Source of the DNA: an uncultured archaeon
Lineage (GTDB): Archaea > Asgardarchaeota > Lokiarchaeia > Sigyniarchaeales > SOKP01
DNA: 33,185 nucleotides
Direction of reading: 5' to 3'
Assembly: GCA_964600195.1 (NCBI GenBank)
Contig: CAZRIR010000001.1
Coordinates: 1-33,185, forward strand
Both the position numbers and the translations under genes were made by a program. Shown one piece after another: positions 22,176 to 30,813 of this stretch. Under the pieces are notes generated by a model. That model was not told where the DNA came from. It saw only the letters and a list, made by a program, of their open reading frames with translations, and searched no databases. Each line of letters starts with the position of its first letter. Position 1 is the stretch's first letter.

Positions 22176-24722
22176 ATGGACATTTATTCAATATTATCTC
22201 ATGAGTTTAGAAGGAATATTTTGTTCCTGCTTGAAAAAGAAGGATACATTCCCTATACTGATTTAATGGATAAGCTAGGTTTAGACCAAACAGGGCAGCT
22301 CAATTTTCATTTAAGAAAACTTGGTTCTCTTATTGGAAAAGACAAAAAATCATATTTTTTAACTGAGGATGGTAAAAGAATTTTAAAAATACTCAGCATC
22401 AATAAAAGAATCTTATCAGGAGAAGAAGTAGAATATATCAATTCCAAAGGGAGTGAAATAAATAGAATAGGAGTAATTATTTGTAATTGTAATACTGAAA
22501 TCTCCAACACGATTGATATAAACGCACTAGAAAAATACATAAACAGGTTGCCAAATGTTGTTTCAGTAAAGATTTTTGAAAATTTATGTCAAGAGAAAAA
22601 TTTAGAAAAAATATCCGATTGGGTTAAAGAAAATTTTCTAAATAAAGTTGTCATTGCTGCTTGTTCTCCAAAATCGCATCAACTTGTCTTTGAACGAATT
22701 TTTGAGGAAGTAATAGATAAGTCAAACATTGAAATTGCTAATATAAGAGAACAATGTTGCTGGGTTCATCAAGGAAACGATAAACAAATTGAATCCTCTC
22801 AAGTATTGAAAAAGGCTCAATTACTAATCGAAGCTGCAGTTGAATGTTTATACCTTCAGAAAGAAGTAAAAGTTAAGAGGGTCGAAGTAGAAAAAAGTTG
22901 TGCAATATTGGGAGGGGGTATTGCGGGCATGACACTAGCATTAAATTTAGCTAGAGCCGGAATTAAAGTCTACCTAATCGAAAAAAGTCCTACTTTAGGT
23001 GGTAAGGTGGCACGATGGCATAGAATCCATAAAATGGGTGATTGTTCAATTTGTTTCATTTCAGAATTAATAGGTGAAATTGTAAAAGAAAAAAATATAG
23101 AAATTTTAACAAATTGCGAGATAACGAGCGTTTCGGGAGAAGTAGGTAATTTTTCAATAAATCTAATTAAAAAACCTCGATATATTGATGAGAAAAAATG
23201 TACTGGTTGCATGCAATGCATTGATGTATGCAGCATGGAAAAACCGAATCAATATGAGTTCAATCTCGTTAATCGGAAGATTATTTTCCTTCCTTTCCAA
23301 AACTCATATCCCTACACGCCTATTATTGAAGAAGAAGACATAAAGAATTGTCTCAATTGTAGAATTTGCGAAAGAGCATGCATGAATAATGCAATTGACT
23401 TAAATCAAAAACCAGAGGCAATTAAAATAAAAGCTGGTGTAAAGGCCATTGCTATAGGTGCCGATCTATATTCTGATCTAGAGGAATATCACCATGACCC
23501 TAAAAAAAACATCATCACTTCGGTTGAATTTGAAAGAATTTTATCATCAGATGGTCTTACTGAGGGGAAGATTTTAAAGCTTTCCGATAATAAACCGCCA
23601 AAAACAATATCAATTATTCAGGATATTGGACCTAATCGAGATCATTTAGGCCTTACGGATATAATTGCTCAAAAATATTTAAATTGTATTAGTGTTAAAA
23701 ATCCAGATAGTCAGGTAAAAGTATTTTACACCATGAATAACTTGTATCATAATCATGAAGCGATCATCAAATCTACAGATCCGAGATTCTATTATGTCAA
23801 TCAACTTGAAATAAAAAGAGAAAATGATGAAAACATCATTATCGCAGATAATAAAGAGTATCCAAGTGATTTGATTGTACTAAATCTTGATTTGATACCT
23901 AATAAGGATTTAAAAAACCTTAGAAAGACTTTAGATTTTACTCTAGATGATAACGGATTCATGAGTGAAGATACGTTAGCTTCTGGTATATTTGGTGTCG
24001 GAACAATCCTTGGTCCTTACAATTATCAATCAACAATAAATAGTGCTAATAAAGTTGCACTAGAAATCATATCACTCCTTTCAAATGATTATTTGATCTC
24101 GGAATTTACGGGAGTGGAAATCGACCATAAAAGATGTGGTCTATGTTCTTTATGCGTGAATGCTTGCCCTTATAATGCCATTACTATTGAAGATGACAAA
24201 ATCAATATTGATAAGTTTAAATGCAAGGGTTGTGGTACTTGCGTGAGTGTTTGTCCTACAAATGCGATTGAAATGAATATAGATACTGATGAAAAAATAC
24301 TTAGAAAAATAGATATTTATTCGGGGTTTAATGCCACGCCCAAAATACTAGCTTTTTGCTGTAAATCTTGTGGATATGCCGCAGCTGATGATGCCGGACT
24401 CAAAAAACAGTTTTATAAACCCAATATCTTTATCATTAGAGTTCCCTGTACGGGGCGTATTGATACACATTTTATAACAAGAGCTTTCGAAAAGGGATTT
24501 CAAGGTGTCATGATTATTGGATGCAGGAAAGATGCTTGTAGATATATCGATGGTATTCAAAAAGTACAGAAAAAAGTTCAACTTTTGAAAAAAGTCTTGG
24601 GTCCACGACTAAGCAGGAAAATCATCATTAAAAATCTAAATGCTGTCGAAGGAATCAAGTTTTCAAATTTTGTAAATAGATTTTATCATATATTAAAGGA
24701 GGAATACGAATTTGCGACTTAA
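22176..24722 (+). CDS. hdrA: Fusion protein: ArsR-like winged HTH + HdrA (Cys type) + C-terminal MvhD domain
   Basis: N terminus SILSHEFRRNILFLLEKEGYIPYTDLMDKLGLDQTGQLNFHLRKLGSLIGKDKKSYFLTEDGKRIL is a wHTH. HdrA motifs: VIICNCNTEI, IAACSPKSHQ, REQCCWVH, GGGIAGM, GDCSICF and four CxxCxxCxxxC(P) motifs. C terminus ILAFCCKSCGYAAAD...RVPCTGRID...IIGCRKDACRY is MvhD/FlpD-like. The track start is GTG 22131; ATG 22176 sits after a GGAAGGGATGG purine run. Confidence 0.85.
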   Translation: MDIYSILSHEFRRNILFLLEKEGYIPYTDLMDKLGLDQTGQLNFHLRKLGSLIGKDKKSYFLTEDGKRILKILSINKRILSGEEVEYINSKGSEINRIGVIICNCNTEISNTIDINALEKYINRLPNVVSVKIFENLCQEKNLEKISDWVKENFLNKVVIAACSPKSHQLVFERIFEEVIDKSNIEIANIREQCCWVHQGNDKQIESSQVLKKAQLLIEAAVECLYLQKEVKVKRVEVEKSCAILGGGIAGMTLALNLARAGIKVYLIEKSPTLGGKVARWHRIHKMGDCSICFISELIGEIVKEKNIEILTNCEITSVSGEVGNFSINLIKKPRYIDEKKCTGCMQCIDVCSMEKPNQYEFNLVNRKIIFLPFQNSYPYTPIIEEEDIKNCLNCRICERACMNNAIDLNQKPEAIKIKAGVKAIAIGADLYSDLEEYHHDPKKNIITSVEFERILSSDGLTEGKILKLSDNKPPKTISIIQDIGPNRDHLGLTDIIAQKYLNCISVKNPDSQVKVFYTMNNLYHNHEAIIKSTDPRFYYVNQLEIKRENDENIIIADNKEYPSDLIVLNLDLIPNKDLKNLRKTLDFTLDDNGFMSEDTLASGIFGVGTILGPYNYQSTINSANKVALEIISLLSNDYLISEFTGVEIDHKRCGLCSLCVNACPYNAITIEDDKINIDKFKCKGCGTCVSVCPTNAIEMNIDTDEKILRKIDIYSGFNATPKILAFCCKSCGYAAADDAGLKKQFYKPNIFIIRVPCTGRIDTHFITRAFEKGFQGVMIIGCRKDACRYIDGIQKVQKKVQLLKKVLGPRLSRKIIIKNLNAVEGIKFSNFVNRFYHILKEEYEFAT

Positions 24723-25470
24723 ATTTCTCATAACTTCATTGACTTCATGTAGTGGTTGCATTTCTTCCTTGATTTCATTAGATATTTTCTCTCAATTCCT
24801 TGAAAGGACTGAGATCTCATATTTCCCATTCATGTCAGATAAAATTAATATAGAACCATGTGATATAGCCCTTATAGAGGGTTGTGTTTCGGAGGAAGCA
24901 CAAATTGATTATCTTAAAGATATTAGAATCTCAGCAAAAAAAGTATATGCGTTAGGAACCTGCGCCGCTTTTGGAGGTATTTTGAGCCTTTCAAGAAAGA
25001 AGAGGGCCTCACCATTATCAGATTATGTTGAAATAGATGGAATCATTCCTGGTTGTCCTCCCCCTAATAAACTGCTTGGAAATTGCCTGATTAGATTACT
25101 TGAAAGAAAAAATATTGAATTATCACCTAAAAATCTTTGTAACGATTGCCCTTATAAAATAACTTTTAATATTAAACCAGAAATCGAAATCAAAAAAATT
25201 TTACCCCAAAATAGTGAATTTAACACGGGAGACGATGAACAAACTTGTTTCTTAAATAGGGGTATCATGTGCATGGGACCCATTACCAGAGAAGGTTGTG
25301 ATCATGAATGTATAAAACGAGGAATTCCATGTGAAGGATGCATGGGTCCAGTTTCTAAAGATTTCACCTCAAATTTAGTTAATTATTTAAGTCTATTTCA
25401 TGTTGTAAAAGATTTGAAAAAATATTCTGGAATTTTCTATCGATTTTCAAAACCAAGGATTTGGAGGTAG
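24712..25470 (+). CDS. mvhG: [NiFe] hydrogenase small subunit, Mvh (group 3c-like) type, no signal peptide
   Basis: SCSGC, GTCAAFGG and PGCPP proximal-cluster motifs plus Cys-rich distal motifs (CNDCPYK, CMGPITREGCDHEC, PCEGCMGP). TTG start after GGAGG, overlapping the upstream gene by 11 nt. Confidence 0.85.
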   Translation: MRLKFLITSLTSCSGCISSLISLDIFSQFLERTEISYFPFMSDKINIEPCDIALIEGCVSEEAQIDYLKDIRISAKKVYALGTCAAFGGILSLSRKKRASPLSDYVEIDGIIPGCPPPNKLLGNCLIRLLERKNIELSPKNLCNDCPYKITFNIKPEIEIKKILPQNSEFNTGDDEQTCFLNRGIMCMGPITREGCDHECIKRGIPCEGCMGPVSKDFTSNLVNYLSLFHVVKDLKKYSGIFYRFSKPRIWR

Positions 25471-25474
25471 GCAG

Positions 25475-26773
25475 ATGCAAAAAGTTGTAGAAGTATGCAC
25501 GAGAGTGGAGGGTCATGGAAGTTTAGATATATTTATAAAGGATGATAATGTATCTCACGTAGAATTCAAGATAGGTCCGTATAGAGATTTTGAAAACATG
25601 TTAATTGGAAAAAAAATTGAAGATGTTCCCAGAATAATTTCAAGAGTGTGTGGCTTGTGTCATGCTTCTCAAAGTATAGTCAGCTGTAAGACTATTGAAA
25701 CAATGTATAATATTAAACCTCACATGCAATCTATTATTGTAAGACGTCTTTTAATGACAGGTGAACTTATAAAATCCCATTTGATGCATTATTTCTTTCA
25801 ATCATTTCCAGATCTTCTAGAAATTTTTAATATTAATGAAAAAGTTCTAAATTTAAATGATCTATTGAAATATAATAGCAATTTAACATCAAATATCTTC
25901 GATCTGATAAAAGTTGGAAATGAAATAAATAATCTTTTTGGAGGTCGTTCCGTGCATTTAATAACACCATTACCCGGAGGAATTATTTTTAGGCCTTCAC
26001 AAAAATCTATTAAAATTGCTCAAAAACTATTCGAAAAAGCCTCATTTTTACTAGAAATGATTATCGAAGATTTTTCCAATATTTTTTCAAATTTTACTCC
26101 TCCTGAAGATTATTCACTTTCTAAAGCATACTTTTTAGCATTAAACAATAACAAGGTCTATGATCGTTATGAAGGGGTTCTCACTATAAAAAAAAATTCT
26201 AATTACAATGATTTTCACGAAACAGAATACAAATCTTATTTCAATAAAGATCTAAATCTTCATGGAATTGATTTTGTTAACCAAAACGGTGAAAATTGCT
26301 TAGTTGGACCACTTGCAAGAAATAATATAGTTGAAAATTATGGAGTTGAGCAAATAACATCATATCTCAACTTATTTCAAAAATCTTGGAAAAATAACCT
26401 CTTGTATGCCAATTTTTTAAGATTAATTGAGGTATATTGTGAAGTAATCAAGTCATTAGATTTATTGAATGACCAGGTAATAAAGAATGAATACCCCCTT
26501 CCAGAATTAGTAAATATCAAAAATAATATTGGTATAGCCGTTGTTGATGCACCTAGAGGAACATTAATCCACCAATATCGCGTAAATGATAGAAAAACTG
26601 TTGAAGAAGCAAAACTTTTCATTGCTACAGAGATGAATCTTCCGATTATCAATCAAATGATCACGGATTATGCCAAAAAACTCTATTTGAAGAAAGACAT
26701 ATCATTTGTCAAGAAAAATGTTCAAAAGATGATTAGAGCATTCGATCCATGCATAGCATGTGCAACACATTAA
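25475..26773 (+). CDS. mvhA: [NiFe] hydrogenase large subunit, Mvh type
   Basis: N-terminal RVEGHG and RVCGLC, C-terminal DPCIACATH nickel-ligand motif. The ORF stops immediately after that His. Confidence 0.9.
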   Translation: MQKVVEVCTRVEGHGSLDIFIKDDNVSHVEFKIGPYRDFENMLIGKKIEDVPRIISRVCGLCHASQSIVSCKTIETMYNIKPHMQSIIVRRLLMTGELIKSHLMHYFFQSFPDLLEIFNINEKVLNLNDLLKYNSNLTSNIFDLIKVGNEINNLFGGRSVHLITPLPGGIIFRPSQKSIKIAQKLFEKASFLLEMIIEDFSNIFSNFTPPEDYSLSKAYFLALNNNKVYDRYEGVLTIKKNSNYNDFHETEYKSYFNKDLNLHGIDFVNQNGENCLVGPLARNNIVENYGVEQITSYLNLFQKSWKNNLLYANFLRLIEVYCEVIKSLDLLNDQVIKNEYPLPELVNIKNNIGIAVVDAPRGTLIHQYRVNDRKTVEEAKLFIATEMNLPIINQMITDYAKKLYLKKDISFVKKNVQKMIRAFDPCIACATH

Positions 26774-26804
26774 GCATCAATTAAAAAATAAGGAGATTGG
26801 TTCT

Positions 26805-27827
26805 ATGAAAATACTCACTGAAAATGAAAGAAGAATCATCCAAGCAGAACAATTATGCGAAGTTTTTTTATTATATTTTGATGAAAAATTAGGTCATATA
26901 CCAATTTTAGTGAGTCCTGAGGATGTCATGAAAAAAAATAAAGAAACGATGCAAATTCTCCGTATTCATTCCATTTGGTTCTTAGATCTAAGTGATAAGA
27001 CATCTCTTGATCGCGTGGATTTAGAATATGGAGGGAAAATGTACTTTGCAAAAAAATTTCTAGTTCCTTCTTTTAGAAATAAAAGAAGAGCTGGTTCAGA
27101 AGAGGTTAAATTTGAAACGATAGTCTTAATTTTAGCACTCCCCATAGAAATGGATATTTTCGGGGGAGCTTTACTCGGGGAAATGGCTGAGAGAATCGCC
27201 AAACACTTTAAATTTTATCTTTCTGACGTGATTGAAGCAGAAATAGAAAAATTGAATGTAATTATAAAGCCAAACGCTAAATATTTAATTGAAAAGGGAG
27301 AAAAAATTAAAAAAAGAATAAGGATGCTCATTAAAAACACCTGCTCCCAATATTTTCAATCCGTAATAAAAAAAACAGATACGACCATCTTAAAAATTCA
27401 AAAAGCAATTTCCTACTTGTCGTTAAAAGGGGTGCCAGTGAGTTATATAGTTAGCAATAACAAAAATATTGGATTTTCTAACATAAAATTATTTGATCAA
27501 AAGACTACCCATCATCCTAACAGTAAAAATGAAATCCCTTTTCAAATATCTAATATCAATACCATTGAAAATAGTCAAGAGGTCGAAATATCCGTTAAAA
27601 ATCAAACTAACAAAGAATTTAAAGATCTATTGATAAAAATAACTTCATTATACGAGTTTTTTGAACAAGTTATTCTTTACGATAAAATTGAACTTTGGTT
27701 TCCAGAGGAAGAAATTCTTTTCATCCTTCCTGAGATGATGATGGAAAATGAATATATTTTATATTTATTAGAGCAAAATCAAAAAAAAGTCATTTTTCAA
27801 AAAAAAATTAAACTACTTAAAGAATAA
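26805..27827 (+). CDS. Hypothetical protein (340 aa), last gene of the hdrA-mvhDGA operon
   Basis: ATG 26805 lies 9 nt after AAGGAG, 31 nt downstream of mvhA. It has no Cys clusters. The N-terminal ~150 aa show an alternating beta/alpha pattern that could be longin/roadblock-like; this is a guess by eye. Confidence 0.55.
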   Translation: MKILTENERRIIQAEQLCEVFLLYFDEKLGHIPILVSPEDVMKKNKETMQILRIHSIWFLDLSDKTSLDRVDLEYGGKMYFAKKFLVPSFRNKRRAGSEEVKFETIVLILALPIEMDIFGGALLGEMAERIAKHFKFYLSDVIEAEIEKLNVIIKPNAKYLIEKGEKIKKRIRMLIKNTCSQYFQSVIKKTDTTILKIQKAISYLSLKGVPVSYIVSNNKNIGFSNIKLFDQKTTHHPNSKNEIPFQISNINTIENSQEVEISVKNQTNKEFKDLLIKITSLYEFFEQVILYDKIELWFPEEEILFILPEMMMENEYILYLLEQNQKKVIFQKKIKLLKE

Positions 27828-27872
27828 GAAAGATGTCACCTGGAAAATTCACATGATATATAATTTCAATTT

Positions 27873-28673
27873 CTAAGTAAAAATGATTTTATATAACAAA
27901 TATATTCCTATAATGACCGCATATAGAGGAATGACGTATCTCCATATCTTATTTGGAGTAATTCTTACCAAATAGGGAGTAATGATTGCGGCGATAAAAC
28001 CACCCGTGAAGATTGAAGGCAATAAGGTCAGATCAATCTCGACACCAAAAGCAGTTATAAAAAAGAACGTGACGATACCAACGATGCATACCATTGCTTC
28101 AGCAAGAGAAACAATTGCCGTGGCACTTTTTTCATATACCCCAGAATAAATTTGACCCAATGTTATAACAGGACCATATCCTCCAGCACCTATTCCTTTA
28201 TTAAATCCTGCAATCGCAGAAAACCCAAATAATAAACCCGATTTAATTTCAATCTCATCTGCTTGTTTTTGTTTCATTTTATTTCTAAATACGGAGAAAA
28301 CGCCCATGAAAAGAACCAGCATTGCTACATAAAATTGTATGAATGTTTTAGGCAAGTGGAGTGCCATGTAAGTGAGCATGATGGAAAAAAAGATGCCGAT
28401 ACATCCAATTCCTCCTATAATAAATGCAAGTTTTGCACTATCACTCAATGGCCGGAGAGAAAAATTAACATTTTCGAATTCATGACTGAAATATGATTTG
28501 ATAAATCCTGTAATTGCTTGAGAAATTAAAAGAGTAGGAACGACTTGCAAGGGAGAATACCCTAATATGAGCAATAATGGTGTCAACCCCGTTCCAAATC
28601 CCATGCCCGCAGCGGAATCCATGAACTCAAAAATAAACGCAATTAAAATAATGAGAATTATGAGCTGGAACAT
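27873..28673 (-). CDS. TauE/SafE (DUF81) family anion permease
   Basis: 266 aa with about 8 TM helices. N terminus FEFMDSAAGMGFGTGLTPLLL and an internal repeat AGFNKGIGAGGYGPV are typical of TauE/SafE. Confidence 0.85.
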   Translation of the reverse strand: MFQLIILIILIAFIFEFMDSAAGMGFGTGLTPLLLILGYSPLQVVPTLLISQAITGFIKSYFSHEFENVNFSLRPLSDSAKLAFIIGGIGCIGIFFSIMLTYMALHLPKTFIQFYVAMLVLFMGVFSVFRNKMKQKQADEIEIKSGLLFGFSAIAGFNKGIGAGGYGPVITLGQIYSGVYEKSATAIVSLAEAMVCIVGIVTFFFITAFGVEIDLTLLPSIFTGGFIAAIITPYLVRITPNKIWRYVIPLYAVIIGIYLLYKIIFT

Positions 28674-28695
28674 GTGATGATCTCCCCTCTAATTG

Positions 28696-28845
28696 TTATA
28701 TTACAATTGAGAAAATAACCATCGTAACAAAATAGAAAAGAACGGCAAAACCTATTCTTTTAATTGTGGTTTTTTCTATTTTTAGCCTTTCTTTCAAGCT
28801 CTTGGAATCAATTTCACGTGCTTCGCTTCCAATATTCCATCCCAT
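28696..28845 (-). CDS. Small putative membrane protein (49 aa from the internal ATG; track ORF extends to 28908)
   Basis: C-terminal hydrophobic helix GFAVLFYFVTMVIFSIVI, 22 nt upstream of the TauE gene on the same strand. Support is weak. Confidence 0.25.
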   Translation of the reverse strand: MGWNIGSEAREIDSKSLKERLKIEKTTIKRIGFAVLFYFVTMVIFSIVI

Positions 28846-29034
28846 TTTATTAACCACACTATTTTTAAAGTATTTTAATGACTGATAATTAAATATAATT
28901 AATTCCAATTAAACTTAATGATTTTAAAAATAGGTCAGTAATTCAAAAAAAAAATAGATAAAATCATGTTTCAATAAAAATTCAGCTTATTATGGAATAA
29001 TCCAGGAAATATTCTAAATTCATGGAAAAAAAAA

Positions 29035-29799
29035 CTAGGGGAATATTATATTATAAGTTTTCAGCAATACAAATATTCCCAAAAAAATTATAAATACTCC
29101 AGTTAATTTCTTGAATCTTTTTTCATCTTTCATTTTACGTGTAGTAAATGCACCTACTATTGTTGCAGGAATAGCTCCAATTATTAATGCGAAAGACATG
29201 ATGAAAAAATCAATAGTTATTGTGCTTATAAGAAAGTATGTTAGTAATCCTGCCAAACATATTGGTGCTTCACATGCCAACCCTGTTGCGATTGAGTTTT
29301 TAGTGTCTCTTCCTGAAACTACTTGACCTGCAGTTATTAATGGTCCAAATCCACCTCCAGATATGGATTTATTAAAGGAACTTATTGTTCCTATGATCCC
29401 TATTTTTTTCCATGAAAATTTATAGCTTCTTTTCATTAACATTAAAGTTCCAACACTCAATACCAAAATTCCAATATAAGTATTTATTATTGTTTTATTT
29501 AATTCTACGGCCAAAAAAACAGCAAAAATGGTGGCACCGATTCCAAGAGCGCTTATTAAAAAAAAGATTCTCCAATTAGTTGTCCCATTTTTCGAAAGGT
29601 CAGCATTCCCAAAGAAATGGTGCATGGCTGCTCCAGAAACACCAGTTATTATTTCTGAAAGCAAAATTGCTGGCACGATATCCAGTCTCTGCAAGTTTAA
29701 TATAAGTAATAAAGGTGTCAATATAGTTCCATAACCGCCCCCTAAAGCCGTATCAATGAATTCAAAGCTAAAAGCAAATATTACAATTAAAATGAACAA
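29035..29799 (-). CDS. TauE/SafE (DUF81) family anion permease, paralogue
   Basis: 254 aa. FEFIDTALGGGYGTILTPLLL and SFNKSISGGGFGPLI mirror the neighbouring permease. Confidence 0.85.
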   Translation of the reverse strand: MFILIVIFAFSFEFIDTALGGGYGTILTPLLLILNLQRLDIVPAILLSEIITGVSGAAMHHFFGNADLSKNGTTNWRIFFLISALGIGATIFAVFLAVELNKTIINTYIGILVLSVGTLMLMKRSYKFSWKKIGIIGTISSFNKSISGGGFGPLITAGQVVSGRDTKNSIATGLACEAPICLAGLLTYFLISTITIDFFIMSFALIIGAIPATIVGAFTTRKMKDEKRFKKLTGVFIIFLGIFVLLKTYNIIFP

Positions 29800-30181
29800 T
29801 TCTAATCCAATAATTTTGTATCATCCCAGATTATTTTTTATATAATTAAAATTGAAATATCGCAATACATGAAAAAACATTTATCTTTTCTTTTAATGTA
29901 ATTTTCTCCAATAATAATCACTATTTCAAACTTTTAGAATCAATTGCTAATGCTTTTTTTCCAATAACTCACATTTTCATATTTTCATTTATCTCTTTAA
30001 TAATTTTTAATGACATTTAATTAAATGTAATTAATTATAATTAAAGTTATTGATTTTTAGAATCAGAAAAATGATTTTAAAAATATCAAAAAAAAATAAC
30101 AGATTTATGAATATATCTTAGTTATATGATCATAACCATAAACATTTCTAATGATGAAATTAAAAATATCTCATAAGATGA

Positions 30182-30607
30182 TTCATAATCGATATTATAG
30201 ATTCTGAAATCCTTGAAATATTGAAGGAGAATAGTAGGATTTCTTATTACAAAATTGCCGATAAGATAGGAAAGACAGAAGCGACTGTTAGACGCAGGAT
30301 AAAAAAATTAGAAAAAAATAGAATAATCAAGAAATATACAACTGAAGTTAAGCTGAAATCTGAAAATTATATAAATATTTTAGTTAAGATTGAGATTAAT
30401 TTAAAAGAAATAAAAACAATTTTGGATGAATTAAATTTAATGGAAGAAATTACGGATATATGGAGATTAAGCGGTGATGCTGGCTTGCTATTAAGAGTAA
30501 AGATCCCTTCGTTAAATTATTTTAATCCCTTTATTGAAGAAAAGATATCTTTAATCAAGGGAATAAAATTAATTAAAGCTAGCTTGATTTTAGAAGTCAT
30601 TAAATAA
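30182..30607 (+). CDS. Lrp/AsnC family transcriptional regulator (5' end unresolved)
   Basis: HTH SRISYYKIADKIGKTEATVRRRIKKLEKNRIIKKY plus a RAM-like C-terminal domain. Family-like sequence IDIIDSEILEILKEN continues upstream of the track's TTG 30221 to 30182, but without a canonical start codon. A nearby ATG (30178) is in another frame. Confidence 0.75.
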   Translation, partial: FIIDIIDSEILEILKENSRISYYKIADKIGKTEATVRRRIKKLEKNRIIKKYTTEVKLKSENYINILVKIEINLKEIKTILDELNLMEEITDIWRLSGDAGLLLRVKIPSLNYFNPFIEEKISLIKGIKLIKASLILEVIK

Positions 30608-30704
30608 TATTGAAAATCCTTTGTTTTCTATAGTTTTAAAAAATTAAGCATCAATAAAATTGAAAATAGAATTAAAACAAGCTAAAAAATAAAAAAAAGA
30701 GGTA

Positions 30705-30758
30705 CATATGAAATTGGTTTAAATCAGATCCCCACTCTGCTCTAAACCAAAACATATG
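30705..30758. terminator. Long imperfect hairpin between convergent lrp and cdhA
   Basis: CATATG (30705-30710) pairs with CATATG (30753-30758), and TTGGTTTA (30714-30721) pairs with TAAACCAA (30743-30750), enclosing a 21-nt loop. It lies about 55 nt beyond the cdhA stop. Confidence 0.3.
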
Positions 30759-30813
30759 CCTTCACGTGATAATGTCTATATAAGACCATGATGGATAATT
30801 TATTTATTAAATT

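Noticed and set aside
25640-25670. Atypical N-terminal Ni-ligand motif in MvhA (RVCGLCHASQ, with the His placed directly after the second Cys)
   Set aside because: I cannot judge from memory whether this lies within normal group 3c variation, and an alignment is needed, so it is not raised as a finding.
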